From Lama glama (lineage: Eukaryota): a stretch of DNA of 64,000 nucleotides. Made by a program: the position numbers and the translations under genes. The stretch spans positions 28,212,001 to 28,276,000 of the forward strand of contig CM052816.1 of NCBI GenBank assembly GCA_028534125.1, written 5' to 3'. Shown piece after piece: positions 13,415-24,429 of the stretch. The notes under the pieces are model-generated. The model had not been told where the DNA came from. It saw only the letters and a list, made by a program, of their open reading frames with translations, and did not search any database. The first letter of the stretch is position 1, and every line of letters begins with the position of its first letter.

Positions 13415-13992
13415 ATACGTACAGCAAAGCAGCTTTTACTCCACAATTGGCACATAAATATGGTAAAAAGGTAAAAGCAACCCAAGTGTCCACTGATGGA
13501 CGAATGAACAAACAAAATGTTGTGTATACATACTATGGAATATTAAGCCAAAAAGGGGTTGCTCTCTCATGCCCTCTAAGACAGCCCACACTCTGTCTAT
13601 GGAGCATGTATCTCTCTGAATAAATCTACTTTTACTCAAAACAAAAGTCATAAAATGGAAGGAGGTTTGGACAAACACTACACTATGAACTTTTCAGATA
13701 TTTATATCAAGTAATATAAGCCACTTATAAGAAGAATTTCTATGAAGTACCTAGATTAGTCAAATTCAGCAGCAAAAAGTAGCATGGTTGTCAGGAGCTG
13801 GAAGGAGGGGAAATGAGGAGTTACTGTTTAATGGGTAGTTTCACTTCTGCAAGATGAAAAGATTCTGTGGATGCACAGTGGTGATGGCAGCATGACAGTG
13901 TTAATGTACTTAATGCTGGACTGTACACTCAACAATGGTTAAGGTGGAAAATTTTATGTGATGTGTATTTCAACACAATGTTTTTAAAAAAG
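13415..13992 (+). mobile_element. Old LINE-1 3' end (L1MB-like)
   Basis: aagcaacccaagtgtccactgatggacgaatg...gtacttaatgc...aattttatgtgatgtgtattt. Confidence 0.85.
13555..13646 (+). mobile_element. Retroposed LTR 3' fragment with AATAAA and a short A tail, nested in the L1
   Basis: Non-L1 insert ending gaataaatctacttttactc-aaaacaaa, flanked by aagccaaaaa / aagtcataaaa. Confidence 0.55.
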
Positions 13993-14096
13993 TTAAGGGC
14001 TCTGAAAATAAATGAATATGGTGAACTTCATGAGTACTGTAGTTGGATTTAAGATCAATCTTCGGAGTCAAAGATAGTTGTGTTTGAACCTTTTAC

Positions 14097-14336
14097 CATG
14101 TAATGACTTGGCCTTGCTGGTTTCCAATGGGAAGGAAATACACATATATTCATTATTGTGTTGTCTTGACACATGAATGAGAAAAATTCAGCCATTTCTA
14201 TTGCAGCATAAATTTTTTCAAGGCAAATTGTAATGTGACCTATTTGGTGATGATGAGACTGTATCTGCTTTACAGAGACTGTTTTGCTTTGATTCAAACT
14301 GAATCAATCGTTTCCATCCAAAATGAACAACTATGG
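14097..14336 (-). pseudogene. 240-nt exon, phase 0->0: P*LFILDGND*FSLNQSKTVSVKQIQSHHHQIGHITICLEKIYAAIEMAEFFSFMCQDNTIMNICVFPSHWKPARPSHYM
   Basis: Acceptor tttctgtgctgtag (an alternative in-frame AG lies 6 nt downstream), donor ATG|gtaaaa. Same frame as track ORF 14055..14297. Confidence 0.7.
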
Positions 14337-14562
14337 CTACAGCACAGAAACTGTATTTGAATGGTTTGGACTTTATTTATTCTATCAATGAACACTAAAC
14401 AGAGCAATTAGGTAAGAAATATGTCCTTAAGTCCTGATGCCAAAAAGAGGGAGTCACATAATTCCTGAACTAAACTAGTGAAATCAATGCTAGATTTGCT
14501 CAGGGAAACTTAGGTTTTATAGCTATACATATTTAACTATGTAGTTTAAAAAAAAACTTTGT

Positions 14563-15885
14563 TACTGAATGGGAGAAGTTATTTTAAAATGATGTATCTG
14601 ATAAGGGGTTAGTATCCAAAATATACGAAGAACTTGTATGTTAACATCAAAAAAACAAACAACCCAGTTAAAAAAAAGCAGAGGACCTGAAAAGAGATTC
14701 CTCCGAAGAAGATATACAGATGGCCAATGGGCAAATGAAAAAACATTAACATCAAGAAGAATTAACATCATTAATTAACAAGGAAACGTAAATCAAAAAC
14801 ACAAGGCATCACCTCACATATGCCAGAGTGTCTACTATTACAAAGTCTACAAATAACAAGTGTTGATGAGGATATGGAGAAAAGGAAACACTCATGCACT
14901 GTTGGTGGAAAATATAAACCACCATGGAGGACACTATGGAGATTCTTCACAAAATTAAAAATAGAACTATGATATGATCTAGCACTTCCACTACTGGGTA
15001 CTTACCTGAAGAAAGTAAAAACACTAATTAGAAAAGATACATGTACCCCTATGTTTATTACAACACTTTTTACAATACCCAAGACACAAAAGCAACCAAA
15101 CTGCTCATCAAGAAATGGATGGATAAAGACAATATATTATACATACATACATACAACACATATATTATATATATACATACACATACACACACAAGGGAAT
15201 ATACTCAGCCATAAAGAAGAATGCAATATTGCCGTTTACAACAACATGGACTGACCTAGAGTGTATTATGTCAAAAGAAATTAGTCAGACACAGAAAGAT
15301 GAATACTGTATGATTTCACTTATATGTGGAATATTGAAAAAAAAAGTGAAGAAACATAATAAAACAGAAACAGAGTTATAGATACAGAGAACAGGTGGTT
15401 GCCTGAAGGGGGAGGAAAGAAACAGGTAAGACACAATAAGTGTTACAAACTTCCAGTTTCAAAATAAATGAGTCACAGGTATGAAATGTGCAGTGTGGGG
15501 AAATAGTAACTATGCAATATCTTTGTATAGTGACCAATGGTAACTAGACTTATCTTGGTGATCATTTTGAAACATATGGAAATGTTGTATCACCATGTTG
15601 TATAACAGGAACTAACTTAGTGTTGTGGGTCAAATCTACTTTGAAAACAAGTAAACGCATAGAACAGAGATCAGATTTGTGGCTACGAGGGGCACAGAGG
15701 TTGGGAGAGGGAAAATTGGATGAAAGCGGTCAAAAGGTACAACCTTCCAGTTATAAGATAAATAAGTACCAGAGATGTGTATGTACAATATGATAAATAT
15801 AATGAACACTGTTTTATATTACACATGAAAGTTGTTAAGAGAGTAAATCCTGAGTGCTATCACAAGGAAAAAACCTTTTTTTATT
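14563..15885 (+). mobile_element. LINE-1 3' fragment (ORF2 end plus long 3' UTR)
   Basis: ORF2 C-terminal motifs (WEK, KDTC.PMF). The 3' UTR resembles that of the element at 1-3662. Confidence 0.92.
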
Positions 15886-16345
15886 TCCTTAAAATACAAC
15901 AAATTTTCTCTTCATGATGCCATGAAATAGAATAAATCCCCTCTTTAGGAGATGGTTTGATAGGTTTCAGAGACTTCCAAAGTTTATATAATGACATTGT
16001 CACGTTAAATATCACACATTTTATCTTTTAATCAAGAGTTTATCCATTTAACATTTCCTATTAATGACATGAAATTGTGGGCTTTGAATTATCCGCACAG
16101 TCTCAGAGATATTTCTCTTTATCAAACTTTCCTCTTGACAAAATTCCTGCCTTCCTGTATGTCTTTAGTGACTTATATGCGGAATGAACGGCACTGTTCT
16201 TAACCAGATCAGTGTTCATGTCTGTTAGTGAGCACCAAGGAAAGCACTGCTTCAATAATGCATTCTAGACCTACTCCACTCATCTAAGAAGACTGAAAAT
16301 ACATTCTAAATCTAGAGGGTAACAATACCATTTTTTCTTCTCTAG

Positions 16346-16682
16346 CAGAGTTGGGACTAGGATGACACAATGATTCATCTGGCTTGGCTGCAAATTTAAG
16401 GGTATGTCGAGACATTTGGCCATCAAGATAAATAATGTTTAAATTGATACTTTAAAAAATTAAACTAATGTAAAAATCCATGGGAAACAAACTATCAAGA
16501 TTTTCAACCTAGAGAGGATGAGTAACAGTGCGCTGGAGAGCCATTATTAATCCCTGAACCAAAGGGAAAATTAGTAACATCATTCCTGTTTTGAATTAAT
16601 TTGGATATTTTGTGTCCCTTTAAATTTTGCATCCAGAGGCAGCTCTGTCTCTCACTTCAGCCTCACTTCAGTGTCACCCCTG
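16346..16682 (+). mobile_element. MER96B-like hAT MITE
   Basis: aatttaaggg...atcaagataaataat...aaaatccatg...agtaacagtgc...taaattttgc...ccctg, with partial internal palindromy. Confidence 0.7.
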
Positions 16683-17283
16683 TTTTTGCCAGTTAACTAA
16701 AAGTTCATTGAATGGTAAGTAAGTTGAAAAGTCGCTTTGGAAGTAGCTGACTTTCCAGGAGTTGGAGAACATTGGACAGTTTGCCAACAGTATCACATGT
16801 AGCTGGTATCGATACTACCAGTGTAAGAGAGGACATCCCCTCCCTCTGATGTTCCTCTCTTTCCCATGTCCCTTCTTTCTCTTTATATTCCCTTGACATT
16901 ATTTTGCTCAAAACACGATGCACAAACCTGGGCTTGCCCCTTATATTCAGAGATAAATAAAGGCCTGACCTCCACTCTTAGACCTGGGAGCTCAGTCCTA
17001 TGTTACTAGGTTATATTTTCAAAACTGGATAATTGGCCCAAGGGACACAAATAGTTTATTATTTAAAAAGACCTAATTTCTTTCCTCCTTTAGCTAACGA
17101 GCAGCAAAAGAATTTGTGGATATTCAGTGAAATGTTATCACTCACTGCATCAAGCAGCATTTCCCAGGCCCTCTGGGACAGGGCTTAGCCAATGTATAGG
17201 ATATTATATGCCAGCTTTACCATGAATGAATGTAAAGACAAAGGACTTGTAGTGATTTCTTTTTTAAAGAGTCTATGAGGCAA

Positions 17284-18199
17284 TGATGACCCGCAGGTTG
17301 GCCAGAACAGCCTTAACGTTCCTCTTAATTTGACTCAACTTTAGACAGGTTTTTTTTTTTTTCCTGAGTAGAGTCCCTGACCTCCCTTTTCTTAGAGCAT
17401 TAACTTTGTAACACTTGCAATTGTAAATTCTTCTTCTATCCCTCTAAGGTGTAAATCTCCTCTCAGTCTCTTGCCATATTTACAACTCAGAAATATTTTT
17501 CTCAGGGACTTGGGAGCTATCTCTGAAATGTAATCATGAAGGAAGAAAGTGCCTGCTATGGAATCAATTGTTTCCACCCCAAATTTATATGTTGAAACTA
17601 ACCATGCACATGACCGTATTAAATATAAGACCTTTAAGGTTATTAAGGTTAAACAGGATTATACTCATGAAGGTTTATACAATATAACTTGTATCCTTTG
17701 AAAGAAAAAAATAAATAAGAGATTTCAAGTCTCCCCGCCCTCACCATCCCCACCCTTTGTGAGGACACAGCTGGAAGGCGGTCATATGCAAACCAGGATA
17801 AGCACCCTCTCTATAATCCACGCTGCAGACACCTTGATCTTGGACTCCCCAGCATCCGGAAATGTGAAAAAATAAATTTCTGTTTTTTTAAGGAACCCAG
17901 CCTGTGGTATTTTGTTATGGCAGCCAGAGCAGACTTAGACAGTGCCCCTATCTCCCAGTCTCTGTAGAAAAATAGGAGCCTAACTTGGAGAAGTGTCAAT
18001 CAGCAAGCCCAGATGACCAAATCCTACTGACCAGCCTCCCTCCTAACTTTTTCCACTAGCTCACTTTAGTGCTTAAAAATTCTCCTGCCTTTTGTTTAAG
18101 CCTAGTTGAAGTCACTCTCTCTCTCCCTTATTGTGACAGTGTTAGATAAAGTCTTCTTTGCCTGTTTAATTCAGTCCAGTGCAATTTTTTTCTTTGACA
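17284..18199 (+). mobile_element. Solo ERV1 (MER4-group) LTR interrupted by a MaLR LTR
   Basis: cctgacctcccttttcttagagcat...gaaatgtaatcat resumes after the insertion as ccctatctcccagtctctgt; ends tctttgaca. Confidence 0.75.
17554..17941 (+). mobile_element. Complete MLT1A/MST-like MaLR solo LTR
   Basis: tgctatgg...aataaatttctgtt...ttagaca, with a perfect 5-bp TSD GTGCC (17549-17553 / 17942-17946). Confidence 0.9.
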
Positions 18200-19036
18200 A
18201 AGTTACTCACTGATGATCTGTTTATTCCCTGCAGTCTTTTTGCCTTTTTTTTTTTACCAAAAGCATGAGTATTTTAAATATATGTGAAATTTTGTTAATA
18301 TTGAGCCAATACACTATTTTTGTCTGTAATTCTCTGCAGTATTTCTATGAAGAGAATTCTCTTCCTAAGAGCAACATTGATTTCTGATAAGTTTGTTGAG
18401 TTAATCTCATGTAGACACTTCTCTCTCTCTCTTTTTCCTTTTTTTTTTCTTTAATATTCAGGCTGCTTTGTGCTACATGATGATGAGAGGCTAACAGATT
18501 CACTTAAGCATTCAGTGAAACAGAAAGTTTTCTGTTTTCTAGAAAAATATGTTTAAATAAAAGAGTGGTCATTTAAAAAAAAAAAGCTTGCTATAAATTG
18601 AAAAAAGACTCAGTTTTTCCCTAACTCTCCCTGGTTTGGAAATGAAAGTCCAGGTTCCCAAGAAGCTTCAGTCTCAGACAAGCTGGTTTAATAGATCTGT
18701 CTTCCTATTCTGGTTTCTCTAGGATTAGCTATCCACCAGGTCATAAAAAACACAGCCATTGCAAATGATCAACAGGTTCTTTATGGGGCTGATGAACTGC
18801 AGTAGGTAAGGATAGTAGTGGAGGGAGAGGGGAAAATAATTAAGCAGAAAGAGGAAGAAAGAAGAATAACAATAAAAATAGAACACTTTCTCAAGCCTAC
18901 TACCACATGAGGAAAACTACGATTCTTAACATACTTATTTACAACTATCAAATAACTGTACCCAGCTATTGTTCATGTTTTTATACATGTATAAGAATCA
19001 CATTTAAATTTATTTTCAGGAAATGTAAAGTCAGAC

Positions 19037-19109
19037 CAGTGTTCTGTGAGGGATAATGTATTTTCAAACAAAGATAAAGGCTTCAAAGCAAAAGCGACTC
19101 AGCAGTTCA
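19037..19109 (-). pseudogene. 73-nt exon, phase 2->0: ELLSRFCFEAFIFV*KYIIPHRTL
   Basis: Acceptor tttcatttttcttttgtgcaaag, weak donor CTG|gtctga, one TGA. Confidence 0.55.
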
Positions 19110-19730
19110 CTTTGCACAAAAGAAAAATGAAAGATAAGTTTAACAGCGGAACCGATCACTGAACAATACTGCGAAAGTGAGAACTGAGTTATTGCTTTAG
19201 TGAGAACCCCTAACATTTTTAACTTCCAAATGCATAATAATGACATTTCAGGAAAATTACCATACTTAGACACAGATTTTAAAGAGAGAAGTTATTCCTT
19301 GAGCCTAGCTCTCCAGCTATCATGATAAAAATTTCCTGCCCATGGCAGCATTCAGTAAGGTCAACCTTTCTACAGTAGCAACTTGACATACTCAAGGACA
19401 CAGACATGCGATAGTAAATCTTGAAATTCCTTGGTTGGTGTGGTAGTAAAAGTATGTTTTCAATTTATATAAGCTATTTTCTTTTATAAATAAAAAGAAA
19501 GATATAAATAAAAGCACATTTTTACTTATATATCAAAGAGTTCTCCCCTTTATAATTCTATTCAATTCATTCTGTCCATTGAGGGAAATCTTTTCAGATG
19601 TACAAACTGAAAAGTGGTTAATATAATTTATTTCTGTGCATATTACTGCTATGTATTTGTTGATTCACCTGTGTACTATCTTACGTAGAGTTTACTTGGC
19701 TTTAGAATATGCATACTTTTCGAACCTTAC

Positions 19731-19821
19731 ATTTCCTTCAAATTATCGATAACCACTGACCACAGTCTCACTTTCACGTGCTCTCCTTCAACTGACAATT
19801 TTATAAAAGCAATAGATAATA
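19731..19821 (-). pseudogene. 91-nt exon, phase 1->2, open: LSIAFIKLSVEGEHVKVRLWSVVIDNLKE
   Basis: Acceptor aattttttatag, donor AAT|gtaagg. The only stop-free frame is the phase-compatible one. Confidence 0.7.
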
Positions 19822-19951
19822 CTATAAAAAATTAACTATACAGAAGTTCTTTCCCCTAGTTATGACTCATCATATCCCAATGTCCAGCTGCCGATTCAGC
19901 TTGGTTTTTATCTAGTTTATAGTCCTCCTACTCCGTGTTCATAAGAAATAC

Positions 19952-20108
19952 CTATAAGGACTGCTGAGCATACAGATGTGTTCGCCCAGTCCCTGGAAAT
20001 TTTTATTTGATAAAACCCAGGTAATCCTGTTCAGTCTCAGCAGAGCCATCTTAATTAAACAGTTTTTGATAGAATTGACCTGGGTAACTTTACAAATGAC
20101 ATTTTCCC
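19952..20108 (-). pseudogene. 157-nt exon; frame ambiguous (three stops in phase 0, or one frameshift giving ...KMALLRL-TGLPGFYQIKISRDWANTSVCSAVLI)
   Basis: Acceptor tcttttacttctgattttttag, donor TAG|gtattt. Confidence 0.6.
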
Positions 20109-20192
20109 CTAAAAAATCAGAAGTAAAAGAAAATTTTCCCTGTGTGGAAACAACCAGATGGTACTAATACACGAAAATTACACCAAACAAAC

Positions 20193-20231
20193 CACCAGCT
20201 CCTGGGGATCATTTGGGTGTTGGTCCTTGTG
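20193..20231 (-). pseudogene. Tentative 39-nt exon (HKDQHPNDPQELV in phase 0)
   Basis: Acceptor tttttttttaccctccgtgcccag, donor GTG|gtttgt, 84-nt intron to the next exon. Confidence 0.4.
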
Positions 20232-20601
20232 CTGGGCACGGAGGGTAAAAAAAAAAGTGGATGGAGCAAGAAATCCAAAGAAACTCCATAATAAGAAATG
20301 TGCATTTTCACACACTACTCAGATCATACACTGCATATAAACTTTCCTCCTTTCAAGGTTACCTTTGACGTTTTTATGCACATCATTTTCCTGTCTTTTT
20401 AAAATTTATTTTTTATTAGAGGAAGAAACAGGAAGCTGGTGTAAGGTAGCGAAGTACTTTCCACAGTCTGGCTCCCTCCATCAGTATAGCCACACACCTA
20501 CGTTACCTAGGAAAGATGCGGCCTTCACTGACAGTAACTACTGATATACAGACAGAAAAGTCTCTCGTGAACTCAGAAAAAATCAATCTGTACTTTTCTT
20601 T

Positions 20602-20713
20602 TGGGAGGGTAATTAAATTTAATTTATTTATTTTTAGAGACAGTACTAGGGACTGAATCCAGGACTTCATGCAATCTAAGCATGTCCCCTACCACTTGAG
20701 CTACACCCTCCTC
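20602..20713 (-). mobile_element. Camelid-type tRNA-derived SINE (vic-1-like)
   Basis: Minus strand gagggtgtagctcaagtggtag (A box)...tcctggattcagtccc (B box-like)...aaataaataaa tail. Confidence 0.8.
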
Positions 20714-22379
20714 TTATTTTTACTTTCTGTAGTTACAATCTCCCCTACTCCCCACTCTGAAAGCATCTTTATAGTATTTGAACTATATTTGCATTTGAAA
20801 AAAGAGATTTAAGAAACCCTAAATGTTAGAAAAGCAAAAACCACTGAGTAACACATATGAAATGTATTATATCGAGCAAGGATAAGTCGTTGTAGCTATC
20901 ATGTCTTTTTTCTGCTTCCCTAGGACTCTTTAAACTTTCAAACTCTATTAGATTCTTTGCTTAGATCTATATTAGGGGAAAATCACTTATTTTTAAGGAG
21001 AACAGAGAGAGTTTGCTGCTTTGCAATAGCGAAGGCTAAGGAAAAAACTGAATGTTACAAAGCTGAAAGCAAATCTATAAAAACAAAAGTAAATGCAAAT
21101 GACACAGGACTTAATCAAATCATATCCTTTGAACTACATCACAGAAGCAAACATTCAACAATGTTCTACACTTTGGTGTCAATAAGAAACTTGGAGCCCT
21201 ATAATCCACTGAGACTGATTTCAAATTTCAAAATGTAAAATCATTTTTATAATTATTCAGCTTTTTAAATTGCAATTATCCATTTTTTTGCATTTTAGTG
21301 AAAAGTTTTACTGAGGATGTGACTTATTTAAATGAACACTTAGCTTACAAATCTTTAAAAAAGAGAGTAGGATTGCTAGGATTCCCATTTTCATCTCTGT
21401 TACAGAATTTAAAGTATTTTTTCACCAAACTTTGAAGAGTAGAATGTATCATCAAGAGAAATACTGTCATGGCCAAAATAAAAATTTATAATTTAGAAGT
21501 TTCAGAATCTTGATGTAAAAACTTCCTAAAGGTGCTAGTTTTTTAACTGAGCATACAGAATGTAATTAGGTACCTAACATATTTAATGACAATGAGTAGA
21601 TTTATTGATGCATATTAATTCCTAATGTAGTTAGTGGCATTCCTGATGGTATTCATGGAATTCATTAGATGCTTAAAAATGTACAAGAAAGAAATTTCCC
21701 AAATGAATTACACTCTGGTAAATTATGTCATAAGGGACAAGCTCCTTAAGTAAAACTAAATCCCTCCCTCCTCACCACAGCCATTAATTTTTATCATACT
21801 ATTGAAAATATCTACTCTTGAAGATTGTTTTTGTATTGAAAAAAACAAAATATGTCTTAAAGTCAAGAAATCATTTTATATTATATTCAATTGGCAAATG
21901 ATAAAATTCTGTAATAATACTAAAGTATTATTATTTCTTTCCTGCAATTCTAATTATTGAACAAATCTAAAGAGAACGATCCTTTAATTTTTCGGTAAGG
22001 ATTCTAATTTTCTTTAGTTACCATTTATCATCTAAAATATCTGATAATATTTTGTCATTTTTGTAATCTCCCTTTTATTACATTTTGGTGGTATCTTTTA
22101 ACAAGATGAGGAGTAAAATTAAACATATACTAAATCAGTAGTTAATAATGAAAAAGTAAAACGTGTCTGAAAGAATGAGTAAGCTATGTGGCTAATGGTG
22201 AGAATGTAAGCCTAACTGCCAACTTAAGAGCTAGGTTAAGATGGACATCATTGATCTTTATTTAAAAGCAGTGTATGGGCCAATAAAACAAAACAGAACA
22301 AAAACACAATTAAAAGACTAAAATGACCATAGCAATAACAGTGACAGAAGCCTGAATGTGTCATGATTTGGAATAATAC

Positions 22380-22520
22380 AGTTCAGGTCTTGGCCATATC
22401 ATGTAATTAATTCTCACTGTGATCCTGAGCAATCCATATCACCATAGGCTTAAGTTCCCTCATCTGTAAAAAGAGAAGGTTGGATCAATGATTTCCAAGT
22501 AATTATCCAGCTTTAATGAT
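22380..22520 (+). mobile_element. MIR fragment
   Basis: ctgtgatcctgagcaat...agttccctcatctgtaaaa core. Confidence 0.7.
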
Positions 22521-22799
22521 TTCCATATTCATCTGACAAATAATAACTTCAATAGGGCTTGTGAACACAGCCAAATTTTGCTAATTGAATCTGATTAAAT
22601 TTTTCCAGTATTGCTCTTGAAAAGCAAACTGTCACAAGTCAGTCACAATAATGTAATAAAAAAATAAAGTCAGAAATAATCTTGATTGTCAGCACATAGA
22701 GTCAATTTGCGTATTCTGGAAGCAATACCATGGAGTCTGTGCTAAAATGCACAAACCAATGGAATCCTATTTATGTTAATAAAAAGTGAAATATTTATT

Positions 22800-22945
22800 C
22801 TACAATGATCTTAAAGACCAGATATCTAACCCTTTGAATTTAAGGAATTGGATATTGAGACTCAGAAAGCTAAAGACCTGCCTAAGAACAGAATTAATGG
22901 CCCAGTCACAGATCATATCTTGACTTTCTGATATCCCAAAATCAC
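22800..22945 (-). mobile_element. MIR fragment
   Basis: gatattgagactcagaaagctaaagacctgcctaaga. Confidence 0.6.
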
Positions 22946-23319
22946 ACTGTTTTTTCTTCTCTATTGTGGTAACTCTCATTTCCTCTAAATGAGGAGTATG
23001 GACAATTAAATGACCCAAGTCCTCATGTGGTTCTAAATTTATTAACTAAAAATTAGAATACATAAAGTATATTAAAAATTGGTCATTAAATATACAAAAC
23101 TAAAGCACTTTAAGTAATTTTGTCTTTTTAGATGAACTGAAAAATGTTTTCCTATGCCCTCTCTCAAAATTACACTGAGATTTTTTTAAAAGAAGGATAA
23201 ACGAAAATGACAAATAGGAAAGGTAATTACACAAATAAAAACAGAAATTTGAAAGATGGTTATTTTGGTATTAGATGACTTAGAAAGTCTAATTCTAAAC
23301 TGGCCACAGAAGTGTAGAG

Positions 23320-24045
23320 CAAACTAATACCAAATAATCTCAAAAAAATTAAGGATTTTGGGGAACAGACCTCTCTGAAGCTGGGTTACAGTTCCTCTTC
23401 CCTTACCTGTGGGTAAGAACAGTCTTCCCCACTGAGGAGAAAACCAGAGTTTTTCTCTCTGGAGAAACTGAAGTAAGGATAAGGAGCTGGAGAACTGGGA
23501 AACACATGGCTCCCATGAGGATTTAGAAACCATATTGAAAAAAGAAGATTAAAGGAAATCCTTCCTATTAAATGGTCAGATGAAATATTCTTCCTCTATT
23601 TAGTCTGCGAACGTTGGCAGCCAGAGTTATGGGTCATAGGTCCTAAAGTGGATAAGTCCTCTCTGGCAAACCTTACCAGCTCCAGAGAAAAATCTCAAGA
23701 CACTAGAACTGGGTGTTTAATAATTAAAAATGTCTGGATCTAATATCTCATAATGAAGCCCAGGAATCAATAAGCTAAAACCATACACTTCCCATCAGGT
23801 ATTTGAGTGCCCCCTGTATTTAAACAAAGACTAAATTAAGGAAGTTGGAGAACAGTACAAAGCAATGATCAGAAGTAAAGTGCAAAAATAATTTATAGCT
23901 TCAGAAAGAACAAGAAAATATTATATCAATAAAATTATGTGGTATAGAAATTCATATGAAAAAACATGAAAAAGAACTTGAACTTAAAAATTTGATGGCA
24001 AAAATGAATATTTAAATAAAGTATTTGTAAAATAAATTGTAGAGA
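23320..24045 (+). mobile_element. Possible very old L1 5'/ORF1 remnant
   Basis: A-rich, ORF1-like text near 23960-24045; weak. Confidence 0.35.
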
Positions 24046-24059
24046 AGAATCTTTAATGC

Positions 24060-24429
24060 CTTTATTCGTTTATTTGCTTAACACTATTTAATGAAATGTG
24101 TCAAGGGCTAAAGATACAACAGTAAAAAGACAAAACTTCCTTATAAAGCCAAAATCAAGATAAAGCAGTAGAACAGTATACTGGTAGTGTAAATAGCTAA
24201 CAAATAAAAAAAAGCAGATGGGGAATATGAAATTTTGGAAGAGGATTGAAGTCGTAGATCAGGTTGCCAGTAAAAGATTCTCTGTGACATTTGAGGAAGA
24301 GACACAAAGGAAGTGAGGTAGTCAGTGATGCTGACAACTGAAGGAAAAACATTCTAGCAAGAGATAACAGCCTAGTATCTCAAAAGCTTGCCTGGCCTAT
24401 TTGAAGGACAACAAGAAGCAGTGTCCTGG
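24060..24429 (-). mobile_element. L2 3' fragment
   Basis: ttattcgtttattt...atgtgtcaagggctaaagatacaacagt...tgacatttgag...attctagcaagaga. Confidence 0.65.

Larger units (their letters stand above)
3815..20231 (-). pseudogene. Unprocessed (intron-containing) pseudogene of an unidentified protein, possibly multi-RRM; 3' part continues beyond the left edge
   Basis: Minus-strand exons 20231-20193 (tentative), 20108-19952, 19821-19731, 19109-19037, 14336-14097, 13087-12987, 10873-10794, 9883-9676 and 5993-3815 (interrupted by an L1). All are AG/GT-bounded, and junction phases chain 0-1-2-0-0-2-1-2. In-frame stops are mostly TGA/TAG/TAA, explicable as C>T from CGA/CAG/CAA. Confidence 0.75.

Noticed and set aside
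3815..20108. Naming the gene as LRRIQ3, SETDB2 or an LRR-cap protein
   Set aside because: Only short motif resemblances (SPVYIV.R....L.KNL, NNPKE, LPQLFILDG) with the wrong spacing; not enough to assign a symbol.
21912..21933. Inverted repeat taataatact-aa-agtattatta
   Set aside because: Short and AT-rich; expected by chance in this composition.
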